From assembly GCA_965240325.2 (NCBI GenBank), contig OZ251246.1, positions 868,001 through 932,000 of the forward strand: a stretch of 64,000 nt of DNA. The letters run 5' to 3'. Every line of letters starts with the position of its first letter. Within the stretch, counting starts at the first letter, position 1. The DNA comes from Rebecca billardiae RCC1528. Its lineage: Eukaryota > Protista > Haptophyta. Positions 1-12,158 of this stretch are shown piece by piece. A program made the position numbers and the translations under genes. A model generated the notes under the pieces. The model saw nothing but the letters and a program-made list of their open reading frames with translations. It searched no databases and was not told the DNA's origin.

Positions 1-458
1 CACGACCTTTCGGGCCGAGCTGCTCATCTCTCGGCAGCCCCTGCTTCGGCCTGCGCATCTGCAAAGCCCGAGGTCCCGCCATCTCCTCTGCGTTCTTTGC
101 TTGTGCTCGTTGCGAAACCCGCCATCCGCCCCTGCAGCCTCCGTTGTGGTTGACAACCTTGTCGTCAGGCCTGTGAGTGCTGCGCTTGCCTGAGCCAGGG
201 ACCTTGCTGCCACACGCTGGCGCAGTCTGCGCGCAGCTTTGGCACCGTCGGCTCAGTCGCTCTTCCCGTTCAGCCAGGGACAAATCCCCACCACGCGCAA
301 GTATATATTTATACATCACCATTTCGGCATGGTGTGTATCGGCATTTGCTGCATGCTCGCATATATGCTGCAATACCTGCCCTCGCATGCACATCACGCA
401 GACTGTGGGTGATGTTCGTCCATACTCAATGGCGTCGCGTCGCTCTTCATGCAGGAGG

Positions 459-462
<4 letters not shown>

Positions 463-540
<78 letters not shown>
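463..540. repeat. (AT)n microsatellite
   Basis: Uninterrupted AT dinucleotide run. Confidence 0.97.
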
Positions 541-544
<4 letters not shown>

Positions 545-1291
545 CTGACTCTGACGCCTGCCCGTTGCATACCACGTCGTTAATATATGATCCTCATCCA
601 GGCGCCCACACGGGCGCACGGGGGCGACAGCCGCGGCTGCCGCTTGCCGGAGCTGCTCGCCGCTAGGTCGGCGGGCGGCGACATCGACTACGACCTCACC
701 CTCATCCAAGTGCTCCGGAAGGCGCTCGGCCGCGGCGGCATCTGCCGTCGCCGCCGCGTGCCCCAGGCCGAGGCGGTGCTCCATCCCGGCCCCGCAATCC
801 CGTAGGGGGGCAGGGCTGCGGGTGGCGCACTGTCTGGCCTGGACGGAAGGCGCGGACGCATTCTATGTGTCTGTTGCACTCTGAGCCTGACGCTTGTCCG
901 ATGCTGCCACGTCGTTAAATATATCAATATATGATCGGCTACTACGCCGATCGGGAGAGTTTAATGGGCCCTGACTCAGAGTGATAAGTTAGTGGGCCTT
1001 GGTGGGCTGCCTGACCCGCATCATCTGATGTGAGTGAGTGATGATGTGACAATACCGATCCGTAGACCGTACGTCCGCCAGTGCCCCTTCGGGGCGGTCT
1101 TAGCCCCGGCCGCCTGGTCGCTTCCGGTGCGGACCTATATCGCCCACACGCGCGGTAGGGAGCACCGCCCACGCTTCTTCTTCAGTCTAACAGTATATTA
1201 TTATTTATTCGGCGAGAAAAGAGCGCTAAATAAGTAAAAATGGCGGCGGACGATGATATTGATGAAGATATCGCGATGACGATGTTCGTCG

Positions 1292-2479
1292 TCATTTGCG
1301 AACGGGCGGCGCATGCGCGCTGCCTGCGGCGCGCGCCGCTCTCCGAGCGGCATCGGCGTCGCGGATGCCGCGCGCGACGCGCTCGGCCGCCGCGCCGTGC
1401 GCCAGCGCGTCGTCGTCGAGGAAGAGCCACGCCTCGCGCAGCTGTGCCGGGGGCGCGGCGAACGGCGTGGTGGTGAGGCCGGCGGTGATGGGCTCGCGGA
1501 GCAGCGCGAGCACCGCGCGCGTGTGCGGTGCGTACAGCCGGTCGAGCCGCGCGCGCACGCCCGCGCCGAACGAGTGCCGCGTGCCCGCGCTGTTGCGCAC
1601 GCCCGTGTCGGCCGCGGCCGCGCTCGCGCCCGCGCTGCGCTGCACGCCCAGCCAGCGGCTCAGGTCTGCCAACACGCGCGCGCGCGCATGCGTGTAGCCG
1701 GCGAACGAGATGAGCGCGAGCTGCTCGGCGCGGAAGCGTTGCAGCACGGCGCGCAGCTGCGGCGCGTACGACCCCGCGGCGACCGGCCACGCCCCCGGGC
1801 ACGCGGGCGGCCACAGCCCGTCCTCGGCGCTCGCGTTGCGCCCGAGCGCGGCGCCGCACCGCTGCGCGGCGACCAGCCGCGCCGTCGCCCAGCCGTCGGC
1901 GGTGCGCTCGGCGGCGGGCAGCGCGGCGTACGACTCGGCGTGCTTGGCCACGTGGTCGAAGTGCGAGCGCAGCCGCGCCACCGGGTGGCGCAAGATGGCG
2001 ACGAGGCGCACCTTGGCCGCGGCGCCCAGCGCGGAGTAGAAGCGAAGCATTCGGCTCGGCGCGCCCGGCGTGCGCAGGTAGCTCGGCGTCGAGTCGAGCG
2101 GGATGAAGGGCGCGGCGTGGCCGCCCGCGCCGCACGCGGGGCGCGGGCGCGACGGGCAGCGCGCGAACTGCGCCGCGTACGCCGCCGCGCCGCCCTTGAG
2201 CTGCGAACCATAGTCGAAGAAGTGCTGCTCCTTCTTGTTGGCGCGCCGCTGGCTGCCCGCGCGCTCGGCGGTGACGATGCCGCAGAGGTGGGCGGAGAGG
2301 TCGGCGTGCAGCGTGGTCGTGCCGCACTTCATGCAGCCGAGCACGAGCAGCGTCGGCACGCCTCGGCCGCGCACGCACACGGGCGGCGGGGGCCCCGCGG
2401 CGAGCGCTGGAGCCGGCATCGCCCGGGCGATTTTTCGCCGCGCGCCCGGCAGCCAACCGCCATCGGCCATCCCCCGCAA
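1292..2479 (-). CDS. PAPS-dependent sulfotransferase (heparan-sulfate 3-O/NDST-like, Sulfotransfer_1 type)
   Basis: 5'-PSB loop VLGCMKCGTT, KEQHFFD, LDSTPSY, 3'-PB motif ILRHPVARLRSHF and C-terminal LYAPHT. True start uncertain. Confidence 0.8.
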   Translation of the reverse strand: MRGMADGGWLPGARRKIARAMPAPALAAGPPPPVCVRGRGVPTLLVLGCMKCGTTTLHADLSAHLCGIVTAERAGSQRRANKKEQHFFDYGSQLKGGAAAYAAQFARCPSRPRPACGAGGHAAPFIPLDSTPSYLRTPGAPSRMLRFYSALGAAAKVRLVAILRHPVARLRSHFDHVAKHAESYAALPAAERTADGWATARLVAAQRCGAALGRNASAEDGLWPPACPGAWPVAAGSYAPQLRAVLQRFRAEQLALISFAGYTHARARVLADLSRWLGVQRSAGASAAAADTGVRNSAGTRHSFGAGVRARLDRLYAPHTRAVLALLREPITAGLTTTPFAAPPAQLREAWLFLDDDALAHGAAAERVARGIRDADAARRAARAAGSAHAPPVRK

Positions 2480-2702
2480 GGATTAGGATGGCGGCGGCGC
2501 CGCCGGCGGCAGTCTCGCCAGGCCCCGCTGCCTTATCTCGGATCAGACGGCGCATGGCCAGGCCTACCTTGCGCGGAGCTCCCGTGTGAGGTGTGACTGG
2601 ATGATGACTGCGATGATGTGCGCTGTCGTCGGATCCTGCCATCACAGCCTTGACGGTCGCGGTGTAAGTCTGAGCCCGCCCCGGGCTGGGGCCCGGCGCG
2701 GC

Positions 2703-5700
2703 TCAGGCGCGTCGCGGGCCGCGCCGACCGCCCACCGCCGCGGCGTCGAGCTCGGCGGCGTGCGCGGCGAGCGCGAGGGCGGAGTCGGACACGAGCGTCG
2801 GCGGCGCAGCGGCCACCGCCACACCCGCCAGCGACGCCCGCTGCAGCGCGCCCAGGCCGCCGTGCCCACCGTGGCCCGCGCCGGCGCCACCGCCCGTGCC
2901 CTCCTCTGCCGCGCCCTTCGCGCCCGCGTGCGCGCCGTGCTGCGCATGCGGCCGGAGGATCTCGGACATGCTCCCCGGCTTGGGGACGACGCCGTCGGAC
3001 GGGCCCGCCGCGCCGGCGTTGGCGCCGCCCTTGCGACGCCGCTTCGGCGCGGGCTTGTCGCCGCCGCCGCCCTGCGCCTTTGCCAGAGTTGTGGGCACAG
3101 CACCGCACGACGCGCCCGCCGCCAGCGGATGGGCGCTCAGCCGGGCGTCGTAGGTGCTGGGCGTGCACTGGGCGTTGCACGCGAGCTCGCGCGTGGCCAC
3201 GCCCAGCGCGCACAGCGCCGCCGCGTCCGCCACCGACGGCATCGGCCGCGCAGCCGTCTTGAACCGAGGCTTGGGCCGCGGCACCGACGGGTCGCGCCGC
3301 TGGATGCCAATCAGCAGGGTGCCGGCGGTGGGCGGCGCGCTCGAGTCCGGGAGGAGTCCGGGCGAGGGCTCGGGCGCGGACGACTCGTCGGCGTCCTCGC
3401 TGCCGATGAGCGCGAGGCAGCCCGCGTGCCGCGCCATGCGCGCCGGGTAGGGCAGAGCGCTGACAGTTGGCCGTGGCGCGGCGACCGGCGCCGCAGCGAG
3501 CGTGGCGGCGCCGGCCGGCGCGGCGGCGCACGCAGCCGGGGCGCCGAGAGCCTCGCTCGGTGGCGCGGCCGGCGCGGCCGCGGCGGCATCGCCAGCCGCG
3601 CCCGCGGCCGCCTCCTCCGCCTTCACGCGCTCAGGCTCGCACGCCGGTGCCCGCGCCGCGCCCGCGCCGCGCGCCGCGCCGCCAGCCGCCGCCGCCGCAG
3701 CGCCGCCGCCCGCGCCGCCAGCCTTCGCCGCATCGTGCGAGTCCTCGTCCTGCAGCTGGCCTTCGCCCACGAGCTGGCCGACCTGGATGGTGTCGCCGGC
3801 CTGCGCGCGCGCAGCGGCGGGCGCGAGGGCGCGCGCGCGCGCGCACGCTGCGCCTCAGCGCCGGTGTGGAGAGGGCGGCGCGGCGCGCGACGTGGCGCCA
3901 CGAGCGCGCGCGCGGCGAGCGCGCGCGCGGTGGCGGCGGCGCGCGTCGCGCTCCGCAGGTCCCGCCGTCGTCAGCCCGCGCGTGCGTGGCGCGCGCGCGC
4001 GGGGCGCAGCGCCCTGCGCACCTCCGCGTGCGCCGAGGCCAGGAAGTCGCGGATGCTCGCGAGGATGTACATGCGCGAGCTGCCGTTTGGCCAGTATTGG
4101 AACTTGCACGGCCAGTAGTAGCTGGCGGGTAAAGCGGGTGAAGCGGGTAAATAAAGCGGGTAGCGCGCGTAGGGCAGGCAGGCAGCGCGGGCGGGCGGGG
4201 TGCGCACAGGGGGAGCGGCGCCGGCAGAGCCAGGCGGCCACGAGACGGCCGCGGAGGCAGGTTGGGCAGGCGGCGGGGCGCATCGCGCGCGCGCGAGGCG
4301 CGTCGTTGGCGCGCGCGTGAGAGCACTGACAGACCACTGAGGTACTGACTGACGCACAGCAGAGGCACAGCACTGGGCAGCCGGGCCGCGCGCCGCAGCA
4401 GCAGCCGGCGCTGCTGGCCCCCTGCTGACTGAGTGAGGGCTGCCGGCCGGTCCGGTGCGGCCCGGTGCCCTCCCGCTCTGGGCCGCGGCGGGTGCCGGCG
4501 GCATGGGCCCACGCCGCCGCCGCGCCACAGTGGCCATGCGGCGGCGTGGGCAAAGCGCTCGGCGCTCGCGCGTGCCCTGCGCCCAACCCGCACCCGTCCG
4601 TCAGGTGAGGGTGAGGGCTTGGGCTGGTCGGGTCGTTGGGTGTCGCGCGCGCACCCGTCGGCATCGCGCAGCCGGAGTTCACACGAGTCGCGGCCCAGCG
4701 TGTTCTCGCACTGCGGCGCGGCGGCAGGTGCGCGCGCGCGCGGCAGTGCGTGAGTGGGGGCAGAGTGTCAGCCCGTCAGCCTGTCAGGCGCGTGCGTGCG
4801 TGCTGGGCGCATGGAGCGGCCACGGGCGAGCGAGCGTGCGCGCCGCTGCGGCGCGGAGCCGCCGCAGCCAGCCCACTCGCCCGCCCGTGGCCGATGGCGC
4901 GCGCGCGCTCGCGTCGGTTCCGTCGTGCATCCGAGCTGTACCCGGCGCGCTCGCGCGCGGCGCGGCGGCACCGCGCGGCCGCGCGCGCACGCGCACCTGC
5001 ACGCGCGGCATGACGACGCGGTTGAGCTGGGGGTAGCAGTCGGTCGCGGTGAGCACCTTGGAGACGAGGATGCGCACGCCGGTGCAGCCGGCGGGCAGCC
5101 CCGCGCCGCGCTCCGCCGCGCCCGGCGCGGACGACGCGCCGCCGCCCGCCCAGCCGGCTGGCGCGGCCGCGCCGCCCGCCGCCGCCGCGCGGTCGGCAAC
5201 CACCTCCGCTTCCGCGGGCGGGCGGGCGCGGCCCTGCGCCGGCGGCTCGGTGCCGCCGGGCACCACCGCCATCGCAGCCGCGGCGTCGGCGTCGGCGGCT
5301 GCGGCGGCGGTCGTCGAAGCGGGCGCGTGCGCGGGCGGCTGCGCGTGCGCGGCCGGCGCCTCGGCCGGGGAGAGGGCGAGGAGGCGGTGCGCAGCGGCCA
5401 GCTCAATCGACGCGTCGGCGGGCGGCGCGGCGCCCGCTGGGGCGTGCTGCGCCGCTGCCGCGGCCGCGCGCTTGCCCCGCCCCTTCGTGCCGCCCTTCGC
5501 GCCGCCCGGCGCCGCCGGCTGCTGCGGCCGTGGCGCCGGCACATACGGGCGGGCGGTCGCGGCGGCTCGGAGTGAGAAATCGCGCGGCCTGCCGCCGTCG
5601 TCGGCCGCGGGCGCGAGTGGCGGCGCGCCCCGCGGCCGCGGCGCCCTCTTTTTGCCCGAGCGCTGTCGGCCGGGCTTGGTCACCCAGTCCTTGGGCGGCA

Positions 5701-5925
5701 CCGACTCGATGATCGCTCGCGCCACCTTGTCCGCGTCAAAGTCCGGCCGGCTGGCGGCGGCGGCGTCGGCGCGCGGCGGCGCGTCCGGGTAGAGGCGCGC
5801 GCGCGACGCGCCCGCGGCGAGCGCGAGCGCGGCCGCGGCGCGTCTCTCCTGTTCAGACGACGGGTCCATGCCGACGGCGGCGGCCAGCAGCCTGCTGCTG
5901 CCGTGCTCGGCGCCGCCTGCGCCCG

Positions 5926-5966
<41 letters not shown>

Positions 5967-8095
5967 CTCGCGCGCCGCCGCCGCCGCGCGCTCGCCCCCT
6001 GCGGCTGCGCCAGCGGCACAGCTGCGCCGATGGCGTGGGCGGGCTGCGCGCCGAAACCGCCCGCATGGCCTCCGGGGTGGCCGTGCGGCTGCGCGCCGGT
6101 GGGGGCCGCGGCCGCGTGCGCGTAGCCGGGGGCGTCTTGGGGCGGGCCGCCGCCGGATCGCCCCGCGCCCGACGCAGCGCCGCCCTCCGGCGGCGCGTCG
6201 GCGGCGTGGCGCGCCGCCAGCTGCCCGCCCTCAGTCGAGGGCGAGCGCGGCCGGTGCGCGTCGGGCGCGGCGCCGCCGGCCGCATGCTGCGCCGCCTCCG
6301 CTTGCGCGAGGGCGCCGCCCGGGCAGAACGGGTTGGGCGGCGCGACCGGCAGCGTGCCCGGCGGGCCGTGGTGCGGCGGCAGGTGCGGCGGGCCGTACGC
6401 GTGCGCGGCGTGCCTCTCGTGGTGCGGCAGCGCGCACGCACCCCACGGCGGCGGGTACGGCGGCGGCGGAACGACCTGGCCGTGCGCGTCCATGCGCATT
6501 CGGATCGAGAGCTCATGATGGTGCGGGTGTGGCCCGTATGCGCGGCCGCCGCCGGCGTAGGCGAGGTGCTCGTGCGGCGGATGCAGCGGGTGCGCGTGCG
6601 GCGGCCCGAGCATAGCATACTCAGCGCCGCCGCCGCCGTACCCGGGCGGGCAGAGCCCCGGCGGCGCGCCGCCCCGAGTAGGGTACTCGTAGGGCGAGCC
6701 GAGGGGCGGCGGGGGCACCAGGGGCGCCGCGCCCGGCGGCGGCGGATATGCGTCCGGCGGCGGGCCGTAGCCCGGCGGCGGCGGCGCGAGCGGGTGGTAC
6801 CACCCGCCGTCGTAGTACCCGTACTCGTCGCCCCACGGACCCATCGCCTCCGGCGGCGGAGGCACGTCCAGCGCGCCCGCGGCGCACGCGTGCGCCGGGC
6901 GCGCGCAGCCCGCGTTGGGCGCACCTGCGCGCGCCTCGCGCGAGTCGCCTTCGCCGCAGCGCGGCTCCTCGGCGTCGGCATCGGGCGGCGCGTGGCCCTG
7001 CTCGGCGTGCTCGCACGCCTGGCTGCCCGCCGGCCGGTGCGAGCCAGCCGGCGCGCGCGGCGCCGCTGGGCCGGCCGCCCCCATCGGTGGCGGATGTGCG
7101 GCGGCGGCGCCCGGCGCAGCAGACGTGTGCTGCTGCTGCTGCTGCTGTGGCGGCCAGGGTGGCTGCAGCGGCGGCGCGGCGGCGCGCGAGTGGACGGGCA
7201 GCGCGTGGAACGCGCCGCGCGTGCCGAGCGCGCGCGCGGGCGGCGGCGGCATCGCCGCGCTGTCCTCCTCGCGCCGCGCCGCCGCCGCCGCCGCCGCCGC
7301 CGAGAGCCCGCCCGGACCGAGCGCAGCCGGGTGCATCGGCGGCGGCGGCCGAGGCGTGCCGCCGCACGCGCCGGGTTCGGGGATGCCGTAGTAGTAGTAG
7401 TAGTGATGCGGGTGGTGGGCGCCGCCGTCGGGCCACATCGGCGGCTCGTACGGGTGCATGTGGTGCGGGTGCGGGTGCGGGAAGTCCGGGAACGCGCCAT
7501 CGTGCCCGTGCGCCGCGGGCATCGAAGGCGGAGGGTGGCGCGCGCCGCCGGCCGCGCCGCCGCCGCACATCGCGGCGCCGGATGCGTATGCAGCGCCACC
7601 GGGGCCCCTGTACGGGCCGCCCGGGCCCGAGGACGTGCCGGCGTGCAGCGGCGTCGGGCGGAGCACGCCCCCTGCCGCCGGGTGCGGCATCGCCACGAGC
7701 GCGCCCGCCGCCTCATGCACAGCGTCGCGATGCGCCGCCCTCGCCGCCGCCGCGCCGGCTGGCTGCGCCGCGCCGCCGGCGGCCACTGGGTTCGCGGCGA
7801 GGTGGGGGTGCGGCAATGGCGGGGCGTCGCCGTCAGCGGCAACGCCCGCCCCGTTCGCCACCGCCCCGGCCGCTGCGGAGCCGCCGAGCGCAGCGCCCCA
7901 CAGGTCGCGCGCCGCGGCGTCGGGCGCCCCGCCGCTCGCGCCGAGGCAGGCCGCCGACGGCGGCGCGGGGATGGGCTTCTCGACGCCGGCGGCGTCGCCG
8001 GTGCGCATCGCGTCCATCGGCTCGGGCCCAGCGCCCGCCTCCTCGGCCGCGGTCGCGTGCCCGTTCTCGTGCTCGTGCCGCGCGTCGCTGCGCAT
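2703..8095 (-). CDS. B3 (ABI3/VP1-like) DNA-binding domain protein with long low-complexity arms, 4 exons
   Basis: Proposed exons 8095-4997, 4710-4655, 4121-4022 and 3800-2703, with GT..AG introns. They splice in frame to LVSKVLTATDCYPQLNRVVMPRVQ-CENTLGRDSCELRLRDADG-YYWPCKFQYWPNGSSRMYILASIRDFLASAHAE-AGDTIQ..TLLIGIQRR, which follows the B3 consensus (K.L..SD...LGRL..P; W.F.Y..W.N..SRMY.L; GD.I). Start codon uncertain. Confidence 0.78.
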
Positions 8096-9628
8096 CGTGC
8101 CGGGACCGCGGGTGGGCGAGCTCTCAGGACACCGAGATCGCCTGCGAACCCGAGTGCCCCGCCGCGCATCGCATGCACCCGCGCCCCGCTGCATGGGCAG
8201 GTCGACAGCACAGGCTCCCAAGCCCCGTGTCTGGCCAATCACGTCGCTTGGCGCATGCGGTATGCGTCCGGTCGCGGCGGGTGCATGAGATCGCGTTTCG
8301 TCGCCGCGAAACCGACTTTACCCACGCCGTTCCGCACATCTCTTGGTTCGGACCAAATGAGTGTAGATAGCGTCCTCTGCTTGAGCAGATTACTCATCAG
8401 GACCTCCACCGTTTCGTAACCAAGGCAGATTTCAGCTCAGGTCACACCCCGCTTCGAACCAGACTCAGAGGTCCAGAGCTTCATCAAGATACTACCTCGA
8501 TTAAGATGAGATGCTTCGGAAACCGCGAGGCGGTATAATGTACAAACCTACTAGTTATGCCCGCCAGTGGAATGGATAATACGAGCACTCTCCGAATAGA
8601 GGGCTCTGACCCCCATAGAACCAATGAGATGTTTCTCACGGTATTCCTTAAGTTCTCAACAGACTCGCGAAGATGAGATGCTCCCACATATCTAGCTGCT
8701 AGGAGAAGAACTCCGAGAAGTGATGACGATGGACATGATCGACCGCGAGTCCGACCGCGTCCAGCCAGCCCGTGCTGTGTGGCCTTCCCTCGGCGGTCGG
8801 CCTCTAGCCGATTTGCCGGCAGTGTCAGCCGGGTTGTCTGCGCCGTCGGTGTCACACTCACCAGCGGGCAGTCCGCACCGGGTCACGGCACCGTTTTACA
8901 GGCACAGTGGCGCGGTACCGCAACCTCGCGGTCCGACTGACACTCCTCTGAACCCGGCACTAAGTGACTAACGGCTGCCGCGGCCATCGGCATCATGATC
9001 ATAACTCCACCGTATATTCACTGGGCCGGCTCACGCAGCAGCCAGCAGGTCGTCGTGGCTTTATTTCACCACCCGTCAAAACTCAAATGCCAGTTACGGG
9101 CCGCACTGAACTAGTAGTCTGAGCGACTCAGCGAGTTATATATATGATGATAAATTACACAGACTCGTCCCGCCCGTCCGCCGTCGTCGCGGATCCGCGC
9201 GGAGTCCCGGTCCGCCGTCCGGCGACCGCCGCGTCACCGGACAGCACCGGTCCGCCGCGGCGAGCACCCACTCATGTCTCCGCACTTCCCGCCGGACTGG
9301 CGGCCAACTGGCATTAGTGATGTAAGTGAGTGCGGCATCGGAAGGCCGTGACGCTCACAACGTTATCACGGACACGGACGGAGCCAGTCGGTTGTAATGG
9401 CAGACTGCACACTACACAGTCACACAGCTGCACAGGCCAACGTCTTGATGATGATCATGATGCTTGGCACTCGGCGCGCGGGCCGCGCTGCACGCGGCTG
9501 CATGCAACACAGTGTGATGCTGCATCCAGTGCTGCGCAGGGCGTTCCGGGGGCTGAAACTTGGGTTGCGTTGGACTGCTGCTGGATTGTCGACGCAGCAC
9601 CGGCGCCGGCGTGCTCTCGGCGCCCCTG

Positions 9629-10498
9629 CTATCTGCCCGCGGCAGGCGGCGCGTACAGCACGTCGGTGCGCAGCACGTACTTGACGCCGCGCGTGATGCG
9701 CGCGCCCTCGTGCAGCGGCGAGCGCTCGCCGTGCGCAAAGAGGAGCACCGCGCCCGTCTCCGGGCGCACGCGCGCGCTCTCGGCCCAGCCCGCCGGCGCG
9801 CCGTCGGCTGGCCCGCCCGCGAGGCGCTCGAAGAAGCGCGTCTCGCCGCCGTCGAAGTCGTCGTTGAGGTAGACGAGGAAGGTGTGCGCACTCCACGTGC
9901 CGTCACCGTACTGGTCGCCGAGCGGTGCGCCCGTGCGCGCGTCCACGCCCGAGCCCGGCCAGGCGCCGTCGGTGTGCGCTCGGAAGATGTCGTCGACGCC
10001 ATAGCGGTACAGCCGCCACCGCCTGTTCAGCCCCACCAGCCGGCCGCCATCGGGCGAGCTGGGCGGCAGCAGCGCGCGCGCGCGCTCGAAGATCGCATCG
10101 TTCAGCTCGGAGTCGGCGATCCACACGACGTTGTCGTTGTGGCGCACGTCGCGGCCGAGCGAGACGGGCGCGTCGGGGCCGAAGCCCATCGCCTCGGCCG
10201 CCGCGACGATGCGTGCGCACTCGGCGGGCGTCAGCACATCTCGCAGCAACCGGCCGTCCTCGCCCGCGCCTGTGAGCGGCTGCGCGGCGGGCGCGAGCGC
10301 CGGCTCGGCCTCGAGCGCGACCAGCCCAGCCTCGGAGGCGAAGACCGGGTTGTCCGGCCGGAGGCTGCCGCGCTCGCGCGCGATGACACGGTAGCCGCAC
10401 GACGCGGCGCCATCCGACATGGTCGCCAGGCTCGACAGCGCGATGGCCCCCACGAGGTCGAGGCGCCTCCGAAAGCCCGCCGTCAGAGCGGCCGCCAT
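9629..10498 (-). CDS. 2OG-Fe(II) oxygenase, prolyl-4-hydroxylase-like superfamily
   Basis: LTPAECARIV, RLYRY..DIFRAHTDG (HxD), TFLVYLNDDFDGGETRF, distal His in LHEG and KYVLRTD. Confidence 0.88.
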   Translation of the reverse strand: MAAALTAGFRRRLDLVGAIALSSLATMSDGAASCGYRVIARERGSLRPDNPVFASEAGLVALEAEPALAPAAQPLTGAGEDGRLLRDVLTPAECARIVAAAEAMGFGPDAPVSLGRDVRHNDNVVWIADSELNDAIFERARALLPPSSPDGGRLVGLNRRWRLYRYGVDDIFRAHTDGAWPGSGVDARTGAPLGDQYGDGTWSAHTFLVYLNDDFDGGETRFFERLAGGPADGAPAGWAESARVRPETGAVLLFAHGERSPLHEGARITRGVKYVLRTDVLYAPPAAGR

Positions 10499-10804
10499 CG
10501 ATTCGGCTACCTGCACTCGATCGGACGATCGGCTCTCCAGCAGGGTCTCAGTCAAGATGTATGAAGGATGGCGCGGCAACCTGCCACCGTGAGCCTTACG
10601 CACGTTAAAACAAATAAACTGTACAGTCAGCATCAATCAGTGGTGACTGACACTCGTCATCACTGTACACTGACTACTCATGAGTGAGTCCGAGTAGTGA
10701 GTAGTGACTGCTGATGCTCGTCGATGACGACGACGATATATGAACAGGTTACAGACGAATACAGGGCGGCTCCGCTTTGCAGCGTCGCAGCGTCAGTCTC
10801 ATTC

Positions 10805-12110
10805 TCAGTGCGCAGCCGCCCCCAGACCCGGCCGTGGAGATGATGACGGCCGGGCGGCCTGCTGCAACGTGTCCGCGCAGACGGCGGCTGTGATGCCATC
10901 AGAACTCTTGCCGGCCTCCAGAGCGCCAGGGCCCGCGGCCGCTGCCACTGCCGGCGCGGCCGATGCCGCGCGCGCGGCGTCGAGGCCCGCGCATGCCGCG
11001 GCCTCGGGAGCGGCCTCCTCCGCCGCGGGCGCCGACCCCGACCCTGCGGCGCGCGCGGCCGTGGGCGAAGGGTCCAAGGCCGCCTGCGGCTGCTTGCGCT
11101 GCCGCTGCCGCTTCCGAGCTGGGGCCTCGCCCTGCGCCGCCGTCACCTGGGAGCGCGCGCGCGGCTGCGCGGGCGTGGCGCGCTTCCGAGGGCGGGCTGG
11201 CTTCTTGGCAGCGGCTGATGGTGGCGCGGTGGGCGCAGCGTGCCCGCTGCCGGCGGCGGCCGCACGGCTGGGAGAGGGTGGCGGGGCGGTGGGCTGCTGT
11301 GGCTGTGCCGCCGGCGCCAAGGCTGCGGCTGTGGCGCGCGCTGAGGCCGCGTCCGCGCCGCCACGCGCGGCCGCGGGCTGCGGCTGTGGCCCCGGTGGCT
11401 GCTGCGGCGGTGTCGCAGCTGGCTGCGGCTGCTGCGGCTGCGGCTGCGGCGGCTGCTGCTGCTGCTGCTGCGCGGTGTACCCAACTGGCAGCCCCGCGCG
11501 GAGCGCAGTCACCGCCATCGACAGAGTCAGGCGGGAGAGCCCGAAGCAGCGCGCGCACTGCAGCTCGGCGTCCAGGGAGCGCACGGCGCCGCCGCCCAGC
11601 TCGAGCCAGAGGGGGGCCAGGCAGAACGGGCACGGCTGCGACAGCCGCGTCGGGGCATCGTGCTGCGCTGATAGCCCCGGGCCGTGCGGCGGAGGGGGCG
11701 GCGGCGCGCCCGCAGTGGCGAGGTCAGGCACAGGCGCGGCCGGCGGGGCGCGCGCCGCCGGCACCGAGGGGGCGGCGCCGCCGCCCGCCGCGGGTTGCAG
11801 CGCGGTGTGATGTGCGCCGCCCTGGCCAACGCCGAGCGCTGGCGCGGCCGCGTGCGGCCCACTGTGCTGCGTCTGCGTCTGCGTCTGCTCCTGCTGCGCC
11901 CGTGCGTGGGGCTGAGCCAGCGCGAGCTGCTGCTGCGGTGGCGCCCACGGCTGAGCCGGCGCCATGCCGCGCGCAGACGGCGCGTGCGCCGCACTCATCG
12001 CCGCCGCCGCGCCCTCGTGGGGCGAGCCCGCGCAGAGAGGGGCGCGCGCCATCGCCGTCGGCGCCGGCTGCGGGCCCGCAGCCGTCGCCGCGTGCGGCGG
12101 CGCCGGTGTG

Positions 12111-12158
<48 letters not shown>

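Noticed and set aside
177-666. ORFs with (IY)n tracts, and similar (CV)n, (ER)n, (LS)n ORFs elsewhere
   Set aside because: Translations of microsatellites.
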